Counted from the first letter of the stretch, positions 8,827 through 18,607 are shown. The stretch is DNA of 32,000 nucleotides from Bacillus subtilis subsp. subtilis str. 168 (GCF_000009045.1 NC_000964.3:2760001-2792000); one strand, 5' to 3'. A program made the numbers and translations. The notes: generated by a model not told the origin, from the letters alone.

Positions 8827-9654
8827 ATGAAAGAAAATATGTTAGACATTTTAAAAAACCTCAATTTTACAGAATATGAATCGAAAGCGTATTTAGCATT
8901 ATTGCAAGAATCACCTTTAACAGGCTATGCCGTTGCCAAAAAATCCGGAGTGCCCCGTTCTAAAATTTATGAAGTATTGGAAAGTCTTGTCATAAGGGGA
9001 GATGTTTTTGTCAGTCATGGAAATACGCCTCAGTATGTTCCAGTCCCCGCAAAAGAACTGATTAAAAACCGCCGGCTCAAAGCGGAAGAGCATTTTGATC
9101 AGGCTGAGAAATATTTTGAAAAGTTCGAGCAGACCGCAAATGACCGGGAAAACATCTGGAATATCACCGGCCGCAGTGAAATTCTTGAAAAGGTGAAGGC
9201 TTGTATCTTATCTGCCAAAAAAAGAATCCTCTTAGAAATATGGAAAGAGGATTTTAAGGAGATAGAAGCAGAGCTCAAACAGGCGGCAGAACAAGGCGTT
9301 ATTGTCACCATTATTGCGTACGGAGACATCGTATCTGATTTTGCCAATGTTTACCTTCATGATATGAGCAGTGAAATTACAGAAGAGTATGACGGACGGT
9401 GGCTTGTCTATAGCGGAGATGATTCAGAAGTAGTAGCGGGCATTGTCTCACTTGGCAACGACAGCCGTGCTGCATGGACGATGCATGTAGGGTTAGTCAT
9501 GCCTATTACTGAAGTGATCATTCATGATCTGTACCTCATGGAAATTCTGAAAAAGCATAGAGAGCTTTTAGAAGAGAGCTTCGGGAAAAATCTCATCCAG
9601 TTGCGCCGTAAATTTTCTATTCACTCAGATTTCAAAAAACATTATTTGGAATAA
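8827..9654 (+). CDS. yrhO: TrmB-family transcriptional regulator YrhO
   Basis: 275 aa ORF. The N-terminal winged HTH (NFTEYESKAYLALLQESPLTGYAVAKKSGVPRSKIYEVLESL) is typical of TrmB-like regulators. SD GGAGGA is 5 nt upstream. It is divergent from yrhP. Confidence 0.88.
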   Translation: MKENMLDILKNLNFTEYESKAYLALLQESPLTGYAVAKKSGVPRSKIYEVLESLVIRGDVFVSHGNTPQYVPVPAKELIKNRRLKAEEHFDQAEKYFEKFEQTANDRENIWNITGRSEILEKVKACILSAKKRILLEIWKEDFKEIEAELKQAAEQGVIVTIIAYGDIVSDFANVYLHDMSSEITEEYDGRWLVYSGDDSEVVAGIVSLGNDSRAAWTMHVGLVMPITEVIIHDLYLMEILKKHRELLEESFGKNLIQLRRKFSIHSDFKKHYLE

Positions 9655-9674
9655 TGTTTGTCATCTCTTACCCC

Positions 9675-9712
9675 AAAAACAAGGCTTGTACAAAACAAGC
9701 CTTGTTTTTTTA
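9675..9712 (+). terminator. yrhO intrinsic terminator
   Basis: ACAAGGCTTGT-acaaa-ACAAGCCTTGT followed by TTTTTTT. Confidence 0.85.
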
Positions 9713-9767
9713 TGCATAAACCCCCCATGCTGATTTACTTCTCTCTTTTAAAAAATGTGATTCTGCG

Positions 9768-9795
9768 CAAACTATTTTTCAGCCTGCCGCGTCTA
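9768..9795 (+). promoter_or_regulatory. ECF-type (SigV autoregulated) promoter
   Basis: CAAAC (9768-9772), a 17 nt spacer, then CGTC (9790-9793). This is the AAC/CGTC architecture typical of ECF sigma promoters. It lies about 55 nt upstream of sigV. Confidence 0.6.
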
Positions 9796-9849
9796 TCCTA
9801 GGTAACAGCCTACGATATACGTATATTCAAAAAGGAGCCCTTTATTGCA

Positions 9850-10350
9850 ATGAAGAAAAAACAAACAACAAAAGCGTTGCTTGTCACATGCATAACTGAC
9901 CATAAGCAAGATTTCTACAGGTTGGCTTTCAGTTATGTGAAAAATCAAGATGACGCATTAGATATTGTTCAGGAATCTATAAAAAAAGCGCTGAGCTCAG
10001 TTGAAACGGTCAGGAACCCTGAGACGATAAAAAGCTGGTTTTATAAAATTTTAGTACGGACAGCCATTGACTTTTTGCGCAAACAAAAAAAGATAAGAGT
10101 GATGGACGACGAAACGATAGAATTTTTAAGCAAAGGAAAGGAAGACCATTACAAGGATACTGATCTCCATGAAGCGCTTGACGAATTGCCGTACCGCTAT
10201 AAAACCATTATTATTTTACGTTTTTTTGAAGACCTCAAATTAGAAGAAATTGCGGAAATTACAGGAGAAAACACGAATACCGTCAAAACGCGCCTATACA
10301 GAGCATTGAAGCTGATGCGCATTCAGTTGACGAAGGAGGATCTTTCTTAA
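9850..10350 (+). CDS. sigV: ECF RNA polymerase sigma factor SigV
   Basis: 166 aa ORF with sigma-70 region 2 (DALDIVQESIKKAL...WFYKILVRTAIDFLRK) and region 4 (LPYRYKTIIILRFFEDLKLEEIAEITGENTNTVKTRLYRALKLM). Confidence 0.95.
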   Translation: MKKKQTTKALLVTCITDHKQDFYRLAFSYVKNQDDALDIVQESIKKALSSVETVRNPETIKSWFYKILVRTAIDFLRKQKKIRVMDDETIEFLSKGKEDHYKDTDLHEALDELPYRYKTIIILRFFEDLKLEEIAEITGENTNTVKTRLYRALKLMRIQLTKEDLS

Positions 10351-11207
10351 TGGATAAGAGATTACAGCAATTAAGAGAAGAATATAAAAATGTTCAGATT
10401 CCTAAAGAATTGGATATCATTGTTGAAAAAGCCCTTCAGCAAGAACCAAAAAAGAAAAGAATCGTTATGTGGCCGACATCAGCAGCAATCGCTGCAGCTA
10501 TTTTATTCACTGCGCTTGTTAATATCAACCCGGACGCCGCTCAGGCTATGTCAAAGATCCCTGTCATCGGCAAAATCGTCAAAGCGATCACCTTTATTGA
10601 AATCAAAGAGGAAAAAGACCAATCAAGCATTGATGTCAAAACACCTGCTTTGTCCGGGCTTTCTAATAAAGAGCTTGAAAACAGCATTAACGAGAAATAC
10701 TTGAAAGAAAGCCAGCAGCTGTATAAAGAGTTTATACAGTCCACATCCAAAAACAAAAAAGGGCATCTCAGCATCTACAGTGATTACGAGACGGTCACAG
10801 ACACGCCAGATTTACTCTCTATCCGGCGCAATATTGAAACAACACAAGCATCTTCCTACACACAAAGCCGTTATATTACAATTGACAAAAAGAATGATAT
10901 TTTACTTACATTAAAAAGCTTATTCAAAGATGAGCGCTATATCAAAGTCATCAGTCAAAACATCAAAGAACAAATGAAACAGCAAATGAAGGAAGATCCA
11001 AATAAAATATATTGGCTCACTGACGAAGATGCAGAACCGTTCAAAACGATTCTTCCTGATCAGACGTTTTACATTACTGAAGACCATAAACTTGTGATCT
11101 CATTTGACGAATATGAAGTCGCCCCCGGCTATATGGGCGTTACAGAGTTTACAATTCCAACCGGCGTCATTTCAAACTTGCTCGTGGGAGAACGTTATAT
11201 TCGATAA
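10350..11207 (+). CDS. rsiV: Anti-sigma-V factor RsiV (lysozyme receptor)
   Basis: 285 aa ORF with a short cytoplasmic N-terminus, one TM segment (WPTSAAIAAAILFTALVNI) and a large extracytoplasmic domain. Its start overlaps the sigV stop (TAATG), the classic sigma/anti-sigma coupling. Confidence 0.93.
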   Translation: MDKRLQQLREEYKNVQIPKELDIIVEKALQQEPKKKRIVMWPTSAAIAAAILFTALVNINPDAAQAMSKIPVIGKIVKAITFIEIKEEKDQSSIDVKTPALSGLSNKELENSINEKYLKESQQLYKEFIQSTSKNKKGHLSIYSDYETVTDTPDLLSIRRNIETTQASSYTQSRYITIDKKNDILLTLKSLFKDERYIKVISQNIKEQMKQQMKEDPNKIYWLTDEDAEPFKTILPDQTFYITEDHKLVISFDEYEVAPGYMGVTEFTIPTGVISNLLVGERYIR

Positions 11208-11210
11208 AAT

Positions 11211-11250
11211 AAAAACATCCATCTAAGATTATGGATGTTTTCTCTCTTCT
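11211..11250 (+). terminator. Internal (probably leaky) terminator hairpin after rsiV
   Basis: AAACATCCAT-ctaagatt-ATGGATGTTT followed by TCTCTCTTCT (the run of four consecutive Ts is the stem's last three plus one more). It begins 4 nt after the rsiV stop, and oatA starts 68 nt later. Confidence 0.55.
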
Positions 11251-11317
11251 CTATTCGAGGTCGTAACCCCGCTATCAAAAACAACGAGAATATTTGCATA
11301 CTATTGGAGGAATACCC

Positions 11318-13222
11318 ATGTATCACAAGACACAGCATCATCGATACATTCCTGGACTTGATGGCCTTCGGGCTTTCGCCGTCCTGTCAGTTATCACTTA
11401 TCACCTAAATTTCAATTGGGCTAACGGTGGTTTTATCGGGGTTGATATCTTTTTTGTTTTATCCGGATATTTGATTACATCTATTCTATTACCGGCATAT
11501 GGAAATGATATCAATCTTGATTTTCGGGATTTTTGGGTGCGCCGCATTCGGCGGCTTCTCCCGGCAGCGTACCTTATGATCTTTTCCACTGTTGTGTGGG
11601 TCGTATTGTTTGATCGAGAACTATTGCACACTGTACGTGGAGATGCGATCTCTTCTCTCTTTTATATGAGCAATTGGTGGTTTATTTTTCACAAGCTATC
11701 ATATTTTGATAGTTTCGGTTCCCCATCACCTCTAAAAAACCTTTGGTCGCTGGCGATTGAAGAACAATTTTATATCATATGGCCGATGTTTTTAGTTGTT
11801 GGAATGTACATAATGAAAAGCCGCGCCAGATTGGCTGCGGTGATATCATTGCTTGTGCTTTGTTCAGCCGTGATGATGAGCGTACTGTATGAACCTGGCG
11901 GAGATCCGAGCCGCGTTTACTATGGCACAGACACTCGTTCGTTTGAACTTCTCATCGGATGTGCCTTGGCTTTGGTATGGCCGATGAAAAGGCTGTCTTC
12001 CAACAGGCTGCCAAGCAAACTGAAGCACACTTTGCACGCCACTGAATTTTTGGCATTTTGTATTTTAGTGTTGTGTGTCTATTTCACAGATGAATACGAG
12101 CCTTTTCTTTACAGAGGCGGAATGCTATTCATTAGCGTGACTGCCGCAATCCTTATTGCATGTGTTTGCCATCCGAGCAGCTTTTTAGGCAATCTGCTTT
12201 CATGGAGGCCGCTTCGGTGGCTTGGAACGAGGTCTTACGGAATTTATCTTTGGCACTACCCTGTTATTGTGTTAAGCACGCCAGTTCAAGAAATCGGAAA
12301 CCCTGTTTTTTGGCATATCGTGCTAAAGGTCATTGTGACATGTATACTTGCCGAGCTCTCCTACCATTTTATTGAGAAGCCGATACGGACACAGGGATTT
12401 AGGTCATTTTCCCGCCGTGTTTTTATACATAGAATCAAGGAATGGAAAACGACATCTGTCATCAGCAAAATGTCAATTGGTTTCATTATTTTCGCTATAC
12501 TTATTTTTGCAGGCGGGCTGTCAGGGCTAGCCGGCGAGCAAAAGCACCCTACCAAATGGACCTATAGCTCACAAGAAACAAATGCTGACACCAGCCAGGC
12601 TTCTGGGGATAAAAAGAACGCTGCAGCAGATAAAAAACACAATCCTGAACAAAAGACAACAGATTCCAATCAGGGTCAAAAGGAAAACAAAGATAGTGGG
12701 CAAGAGACTCATAAAAAGAAAGACACGCAATCCCAACAGTTGAAAAAACCAGCAGACACTGCGAAAGAAGTTTTAGCTATAGGAGATTCCGTCATGCTTG
12801 ATATTTCTTCACACCTGCGTCAGTCATTTTCAAATGTGACGATTGATGGAAAGGTAGGGAGACAAATGTCTCAAGCTTTGGAACTCGCAAGGGAATACAA
12901 GTCTTTTAATCAGCCGAACAAGGCTGTCATCATTGAGCTTGGAACCAATGGCTATTTTACAAACAGCCAAATCGAACAACTGCTTCAATCTTTCTCAAAA
13001 GCTCATATTTATCTTGTCAATACACGGGTTCCCCGCCAATGGGAAAGCAAGGTAAATGAATCTTTGCAGCAACAGGCCCACGCACATCAAAATGTTACGT
13101 TAGTTGACTGGCATACAGAAGCTCTTCAGCATCCGGAATATTTTACCCCTGATGGTGTTCACTTGGTTCCTAAAGGGGCAAAAACTTTGACTGCTCTTAT
13201 TGTTCAGGCGATGAAATCGTAA
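11318..13222 (+). CDS. oatA: Peptidoglycan O-acetyltransferase OatA (acyltransferase-3 domain plus SGNH domain)
   Basis: The N-terminal half is a multi-TM acyltransferase-3 domain (GLDGLRAFAVLSVI..HL). A K/Q/D/T-rich linker follows, then a C-terminal SGNH-like domain (VLAIGDSVML...). SD GGAGGA is 7 nt before the ATG at 11318, giving 634 aa. The TTG start of the track ORF overlaps no SD. Confidence 0.92.
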   Translation: MYHKTQHHRYIPGLDGLRAFAVLSVITYHLNFNWANGGFIGVDIFFVLSGYLITSILLPAYGNDINLDFRDFWVRRIRRLLPAAYLMIFSTVVWVVLFDRELLHTVRGDAISSLFYMSNWWFIFHKLSYFDSFGSPSPLKNLWSLAIEEQFYIIWPMFLVVGMYIMKSRARLAAVISLLVLCSAVMMSVLYEPGGDPSRVYYGTDTRSFELLIGCALALVWPMKRLSSNRLPSKLKHTLHATEFLAFCILVLCVYFTDEYEPFLYRGGMLFISVTAAILIACVCHPSSFLGNLLSWRPLRWLGTRSYGIYLWHYPVIVLSTPVQEIGNPVFWHIVLKVIVTCILAELSYHFIEKPIRTQGFRSFSRRVFIHRIKEWKTTSVISKMSIGFIIFAILIFAGGLSGLAGEQKHPTKWTYSSQETNADTSQASGDKKNAAADKKHNPEQKTTDSNQGQKENKDSGQETHKKKDTQSQQLKKPADTAKEVLAIGDSVMLDISSHLRQSFSNVTIDGKVGRQMSQALELAREYKSFNQPNKAVIIELGTNGYFTNSQIEQLLQSFSKAHIYLVNTRVPRQWESKVNESLQQQAHAHQNVTLVDWHTEALQHPEYFTPDGVHLVPKGAKTLTALIVQAMKS

Positions 13223-13355
13223 AAAAGAGATCCTATACAGATCACTTTTTTACTTTAGTTTCTGATCGTTGATTATGTCTTCTTTCAGCAAGGCAGCCCT
13301 TATGTTTACATGCCGTTTACGTAAGGGTAAGCCAAAATTGAATGGAGGGATGATA

Positions 13356-13646
13356 ATGAAAGGAAATGAAGAACATGACATCCAAAAAGAGTTGAAACGA
13401 TATGAGCTTTTTTTCAAAAAACGATATAAGGTTCTTTATACAGTAAACGATTTTATCATCGGTGCTATGTTTCTCGTTGGAAGTTTTTTCTTTTTTTATG
13501 ACCGGTTAATGTCGGCAGGGATATGGCTGTTTGCGATCGGAAGTTTGCTGCTGTTAATCAGGCCGACCATTCGGCTGATTCATGACTTTCATTACCGTAA
13601 GCATGTGGAACAGCAATTCAAGCATCAATCTTCAACAGATGACTGA
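13356..13646 (+). CDS. yrhK: Small membrane protein YrhK (last gene of the sigV operon)
   Basis: SD GGAGGG is 6 nt before the ATG at 13356, giving 96 aa (MKGNEEHDIQ...) with two hydrophobic segments. The longer 125 aa track ORF starts at a TTG without an SD. Confidence 0.8.
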   Translation: MKGNEEHDIQKELKRYELFFKKRYKVLYTVNDFIIGAMFLVGSFFFFYDRLMSAGIWLFAIGSLLLLIRPTIRLIHDFHYRKHVEQQFKHQSSTDD

Positions 13647-13745
13647 TCTTAAGGAATAAGAAAGAACAAAATGCCAAAAGCCTGAGTCGAAAATCAAAAA
13701 CAAGACTTTCAGACTATTTATTTTTAAAAACAAGGTAAAAAGAAC

Positions 13746-13772
13746 TAAACTTTTGCCTCTGCATGCCGATAT
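13746..13772 (+). promoter_or_regulatory. SigD-type promoter (drives the RnaC sRNA)
   Basis: TAAA (13746-13749), a 15 nt spacer, then GCCGATAT (13765-13772). This matches the SigD consensus TAAA-N15-GCCGATAT exactly. Confidence 0.8.
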
Positions 13773-13779
13773 GAATAAT

Positions 13780-13890
13780 AAGGCCGGCGCGATACTCCCT
13801 ATAACATCCTTTTCAGTAGATTTCATTATCGTGCCGGTTTTCTCATATGCAAAGCAATCCCGCCAATCAGATTGGCGGGATTTTATATTT
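13780..13890 (+). ncRNA. rnaC: Small regulatory RNA RnaC/S1022 (approximate ends)
   Basis: The SigD promoter is immediately upstream. There is no SD-led ORF. An internal stem pairs CCGGCGCGATA (13784-13794) with TATCGTGCCGG (13827-13837). The strong terminator at 13856-13890 ends the transcript. I recall that RnaC/S1022, a SigD-dependent repressor of abrB mRNA, maps between yrhK and cypB. The 5' end given here is inferred, not observed. Confidence 0.7.
13856..13890. terminator. Intrinsic terminator for RnaC and sigV-operon read-through; abuts the cypB stop
   Basis: AATCCCGCCAATC-a-GATTGGCGGGATT followed by TTTATATTTT on the plus strand. The T-run overlaps the cypB stop codon (13890-13892), so it may also act on the minus strand, although the U-tract is poor in that direction. 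Confidence 0.85.
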
Positions 13891-16800
13891 TACATTCCTG
13901 TCCAAACGTCTTTCACATAACGTCTTTGATCTTGCAGCTTTTGCAGCCATACAGCTGATTCTTCCTGACTTGCTGCTTTTTCAGCTTCATATGCCAATCG
14001 CAAAGTTCTCTCTACATCAGGAGCCATTTGCGATCCATCACCGCATACGTAAATATGAGCCCCTTTTTCAATGAGTGTCATCAATTTCTGCGTATCTTGC
14101 TTGAGCAAGTGCTGGACATATCCTTTTGGTTCGTTTTCGACGCGCGAGTAGCATCGGCGGATTGTGACCAAACCGTCCTGTTCCGCTTGATCCAGCTCTT
14201 CTCTGTAAAGGTCGTCATGGTCCGGGCGGCGGCAGCCGAAGTATAAAAGTGCTTCACCAAGGGTGCTTCCTTCCTTCTTCAAAACCGATCTTGCCTGAAT
14301 AAAGCCTCTGAATGGCGCAATTCCTGTGCCCGGCCCGACCATAATCATAGGCGTTTCAGGATCATTCGGCATCTGAAATCCGGACTGCGGCGTACGAATG
14401 AAGCAAGCTGCTGCATCACCTGTATTCAATTCTGCTAAATAATTAGAGGCGACACCCCGGTATTCACCTCGGCCGCTCCATGCTGAGGCTTTCACAACTC
14501 CTACCGTCATGCTCACGATATTTGCATGAACTTTCGGTGAGCTTGAAATGGAATAGTATCTCGGTTTTAGTGATGGCAAAAGTGCTAAAAACCGTTCAAA
14601 CGGCATTTCGCAAGCAGGATAATCCTCTAAAAAATCAAGCATGGTAAGACGTTTTGCAAGTACCTGCTCTTTGTAAATGCCATCATCTGAAACGAGCTGT
14701 TCCAGCTCTTTTTGATGCGGCGGACAAACTGTATAAGAGGCCAGCTCCCGAAGCTGAAGCCTTGATGCCGGTTCCTGCAGCTCTACATAGGACGACAATA
14801 AATCCACTACTTTGATTGGCCGATCCATCGGCAGATGAGCCATATGAGCGCTTCCGCTTACTTTTATCACATGATTGGACTGCAAACCGAATCGGCTGAG
14901 AACCCGCTGAACAAGCTCCCTGCTGTTCTTTGGCAGGATTCCGATATGATCGCCTTCTTTATATGTTTTACCAGCCGGAATTTCCAATTCAATATGGCGG
15001 GTTGAACGCGTGCTGGCAGCTGTCTGGAGTTCTCGATTCTCTAACACAATCCCTTCAAACGCGCCATATGCTTTAGCAACCGGCGTTTCCGTCGCTTCAC
15101 TGAGAAAAGTAATCGATAATGAAGGCCTGTCTTCTTTCTGGGCTATTTCGTTAATATCAAATGCGTCCATCGTTTCCTTCCAGAAGCGGTTTTCCCAAGA
15201 CTCGCGGTGGCTTTCAAAATCATCGGCGGCGTCACCTTCCCCAATCGCTGTTAAACGCGATGCCCCCTTTGCTTTCATCATGTCATCAATCAGGCGGGGA
15301 ATCCGCTGATACGTGCTGGCCCAGCTCCGGTTTCCGCAGCCGAATACCGCATAGGAAACACCTTTCAATTGGCCTTCCTCAAGCTCTTTCAGCCACTCTA
15401 CAAATCCGGCAGCATTATCAGGCGGCGCCCCATTATAAGAAGCCGTTACAATGACGACTGCCCCTTCTTCAGGGAGCTTGCCGATATAATCATCAAGCGG
15501 AGCCGTTTCAGCTGTAAAGCCCATCTGGCGGCCTTGAGCAGCCAGTTCACCGGCTATTCCCTCAGCTGTCCCAAGATTTGAACCAAAAAGAACAAGTAAA
15601 GGTGTGCCGTGTTTAGGTTTGGTTTCTTTTGGCTTTGTTTCTGCTTTGATGTCTGCCTGTTCTTTTCTCTGTACATTGATTGCCGCTGTTTTTCGCGGTT
15701 TCACAGTAATTTTAAAATCATCCGGCTTGATCGTTAATGCTTCTTTGATTTTTAGTTCGTAGCCAGTATGGTTTATCAATTCAAAATGCTTTAATACAAG
15801 ACCGAGAACCATTGTCGCTTCTTGAAGAGCAAACTGCATGCCAATACAAGCGCGCTGTCCGTTTCCAAACGGCTTATACGCATGGTGAGGGATACTTGAA
15901 GGATCCTCAAACCGTTCCGGACGGAAATCTTCCGCATCCGGTCCCCAAGCGTTTTGATCCCGGTGCAGTTTTGGAATTAAAACAGTGACTGGCTGCCCTT
16001 TGCTGATCGGATATTCCCCGCCTAGAACAGTATCCTCCTTCGCATATAGAGAAAAAGCCGGAGCTGTTGGATACAGTCTGAGGGTTTCATTTAAAACCAT
16101 CCGAATGTATTTGAGCTGCTGGATTTGTTTATATTCAGGCGTGTCATCCGTTAACACGCGATCCGCTTCCTCCTGAGCTTTTTTCAGTTTTTCCGGATGT
16201 GTAAGCAGACAATAAATCGCAAAGGATAGCAACCCGCTTGTTGTCTCATGTCCAGCAATTAAAAATGTGATGATTTGGTATCGAATGTTTTCGTCATCCA
16301 GCGTTTCACCCGTTACTGGATCTTTGGCATAAAGCATGAGAGACAAGAGATCCTTAATGTTTTCATCCGGATTCGCCTTTCGCTCCGCTATCATTCTATC
16401 AACCAGGGAGTTCATGACTTCTATATCCTTTTGGAACTGCAGCTTCGTTTTCACCATCATTTTATCTTGCAGGCCCAGTCTTTTCGATTGATTCATCGCC
16501 TCTTTTAAGGCACGGAGCATACTGGTGATAAACGGATGCTGTGAATCACGGTAAAAGCTGTTGAATCGATAGTTAAACCCGCATAACCCAATCGTATCAA
16601 GCGTCAGACGTGTCATATCGTCCGCTACATCAATTTCTTCATTAGGGTTTAACCGGCTCCACTTTTGAATCAGCTGGGTTGCGATATCCAGCATCATAGA
16701 ATGATAGCCTTTCATCGCTTTTTGACTAAAACTCGGCAGCAAAATGCGGTGGGCTTTTTGCCAGTTCGGTTCGTGCGTCCAGCTTGTAAATAAGCCATCT

Positions 16801-17054
16801 CCCCCGAACTCACGCACCTTTTGCAAGCCTTTGCCAAGGTTCTTGTCAAAGCGTTTTTCATCACACACTTCAGCCACAAGATTGTGGCCGGACACAAAAA
16901 CACTGGATACTCCCGGAAAATCAAAACGGAAAATCGGTCCCAATTCATCAGCTATCCGCCATAAGGATTGAGAAAGCTGTTCTTTTTCCAGATGCGGAAG
17001 ATTTTTTAAAGGTCCGTATGTTTTGGGCTGAGGTATTGCGCTTGCCTGTTTCAT
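13890..17054 (-). CDS. cypB: Self-sufficient cytochrome P450-NADPH P450 reductase fusion, CYP102A3 (YrhJ)
   Basis: The N-terminal P450 domain has the heme-thiolate loop [14 protein letters not shown] and the I-helix AGHETTS. A flavodoxin-like FMN domain follows, then an FAD/NADPH domain ([20 protein letters not shown]). SD GGGAG is 6 nt before the ATG at 17054, giving 1054 aa ([16 protein letters not shown]). The ATG at 17060 directly abuts the SD. Confidence 0.95.
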
Positions 17055-17069
17055 TAACATCTCCCTTTC

Positions 17070-17654
17070 CTATTTTTGTGATGAATGAAGCTTAATGGCG
17101 TCCCAGCAGCATTGTTCCAATTCAGTAATTAAATCAGTGTCCATCTCTATATCACCTGTTTGAACGAGCTGATATATCTTGAGAAACGCCCCTAATACAA
17201 TCGCAATTAACACATTAGAGGGCAGGCTGCGAATCACGCCTTCCGCTTTTCCCTTATTAAAATAGTCATCAAGCATTTGAGTCAGATTTTCTATCATTTT
17301 TTTGCTTGTATGATTTAAGTAATGAGCGTCTTTTTTGGTTTCAAGAAAAAAAAGCGCATAGTCGCTCTCTTTCGTAAACTGAACGAGACAGCAAAATACG
17401 TGGTGAAAGCCTTCTCTGACAGGCAATTCTGAAACGTCTTGCTTCAGTTTTTCCGTAAATCGCTGGATGCTTTCTTGAAACAGTACGTTAACGAGTGTTT
17501 CTTTGCTGTCAAAATAACGATAGATCGTTCCTGTCCCTACATGAGCACGTTCAGCTATCATAGGAATAGTGGTAGCGTCAAAACCCCTTTCCGTAAAAAG
17601 TGAGACTGACGCTTTCATAATCATGTCGTATTTACTGCTGGATGCGGATATCAT
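17070..17654 (-). CDS. bscR: TetR-family fatty-acid-displaced repressor of cypB (BscR/FatR, YrhI)
   Basis: TetR HTH ([41 protein letters not shown]). Its stop is 15 nt upstream of the cypB start, an operon arrangement. I chose the ATG at 17654 (194 aa) because the TTG at 17666 directly abuts GGAGG. The 12 nt SD spacing leaves the start uncertain. Confidence 0.85.
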
Positions 17655-17682
17655 GTAATCTGACAACCTCCGATTCGTTTAC

Positions 17683-17700
17683 GGAATGAATATTCATTCC
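17683..17700. promoter_or_regulatory. BscR/FatR operator: perfect 18 bp palindrome
   Basis: GGAATGAATATTCATTCC is a perfect inverted repeat 29 nt upstream of the bscR start. It closely resembles the Bm3R1 operator of B. megaterium CYP102A1 as I recall it (CGGAATGAACGTTCATTCCG). Confidence 0.8.
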
Positions 17701-17876
17701 TTTTGTTCACAAAGAATGTCTGCCCTGTCTGATATCACCTCTTTGTTCTTTCTTCTGTTATAAGTTTATATGAAAAAAACTTTTTTTAATATAAAGTATA
17801 TGCAAAAAATAAAAAATTAAGAAAATATACCCAAATCCTAATACGAGGATCTTGGATATATTTCCCGAGAAATTTT

Positions 17877-18419
17877 TTATTTAACAGCCACAATACATAG
17901 ACAGGAAGCACGCCTGATAACAGAAAGATCCCTGAAATGCTGGTCTTTCAGCAGTTGAATATACGTTTTCTCTTTTTCACCGGTATTTGTGTCAATACTG
18001 ATATAAAACCGGCCGTCAATTTGAAGCACCCTGTAAATTTCTCTTAATGCAAGCCTAATATCGGTGCAGCTTTGAACCGTATGTAAAGAAAAGACTTTAT
18101 TAAAGGTACGGTCATCAAAGGGAATGTCCTCTGGATAGCCATGAAAAACCTCCCCGTTCCCCATGTTCTTTCGATTCGCACGTGATATCTGTCTTACCTT
18201 TCGTTTTGAAGGATCAATGCTTTTTAGGCTACCCTTTTTTAGTTTCTTGGTTATGCTTTTAAAGACAGTGCCGTTTCCAATTCCAATTTCTAAAATTCTG
18301 TCATTTTCTTGTATATCTATAGAGTCAATCATCATATGCTCAATTGTTTTGGTTAGCTTATATTTCCGAGAAAATAATTTCCAAAAATCCGATCGTTTAT
18401 AGAGTCTATTTTCTAGCAT
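17877..18419 (-). CDS. yrhH: Putative SAM-dependent methyltransferase YrhH
   Basis: Class I methyltransferase motif I (ILEIGIGNGTV). The GTG start of the track ORF lies inside the SD (AGGTG). The ATG at 18419 is 6 nt downstream and gives 180 aa (MLENRLYKRSDF). Confidence 0.85.
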   Translation of the reverse strand: MLENRLYKRSDFWKLFSRKYKLTKTIEHMMIDSIDIQENDRILEIGIGNGTVFKSITKKLKKGSLKSIDPSKRKVRQISRANRKNMGNGEVFHGYPEDIPFDDRTFNKVFSLHTVQSCTDIRLALREIYRVLQIDGRFYISIDTNTGEKEKTYIQLLKDQHFRDLSVIRRASCLCIVAVK

Positions 18420-18567
18420 TTTAAACACCTGCTTTTGGTTTCCTATGTTTATTTATTATCTTAAAAAAATAAACATCATCTTCATTTCTAAAAGTGAAGG
18501 AAGGTACCAACTAGACGGCAATGTATTGAAAAATGTTTCAATAGAACTAAACTTTTTCATTTTTTTC

Positions 18568-18601
18568 CGAAAAAAAAGCAGAAAACATAATGTTTTCTGC
18601 C
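18568..18601 (-). terminator. Intrinsic terminator of the yrzI micro-ORF operon
   Basis: The reverse strand reads GCAGAAAAC-atta-t-GTTTTCTGC followed by TTTTTTTT. It starts 7 nt after the stop of the 52-codon ORF. Confidence 0.85.
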
Positions 18602-18607
18602 CTCTTT

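Noticed and set aside
13632-13826. 64 aa minus-strand ORF between yrhK and cypB
   Set aside because: It has no SD and overlaps the yrhK 3' end. It lies antisense to a region with an exact SigD promoter and terminator (the RnaC sRNA). The predicted product is hydrophobic and low-complexity with no recognisable family.
17701-17876. Attempted assignment of a SigA promoter for bscR-cypB and a yrhH terminator in the AT-rich spacer
   Set aside because: Several TATAAx hexamers exist, but none has an acceptable -35 at 16-18 bp. The hairpin CCAAATCCT/AGGATCTTGG (17831-17855) is bulged and lacks an adjacent U-tract. I left both unannotated rather than guess.
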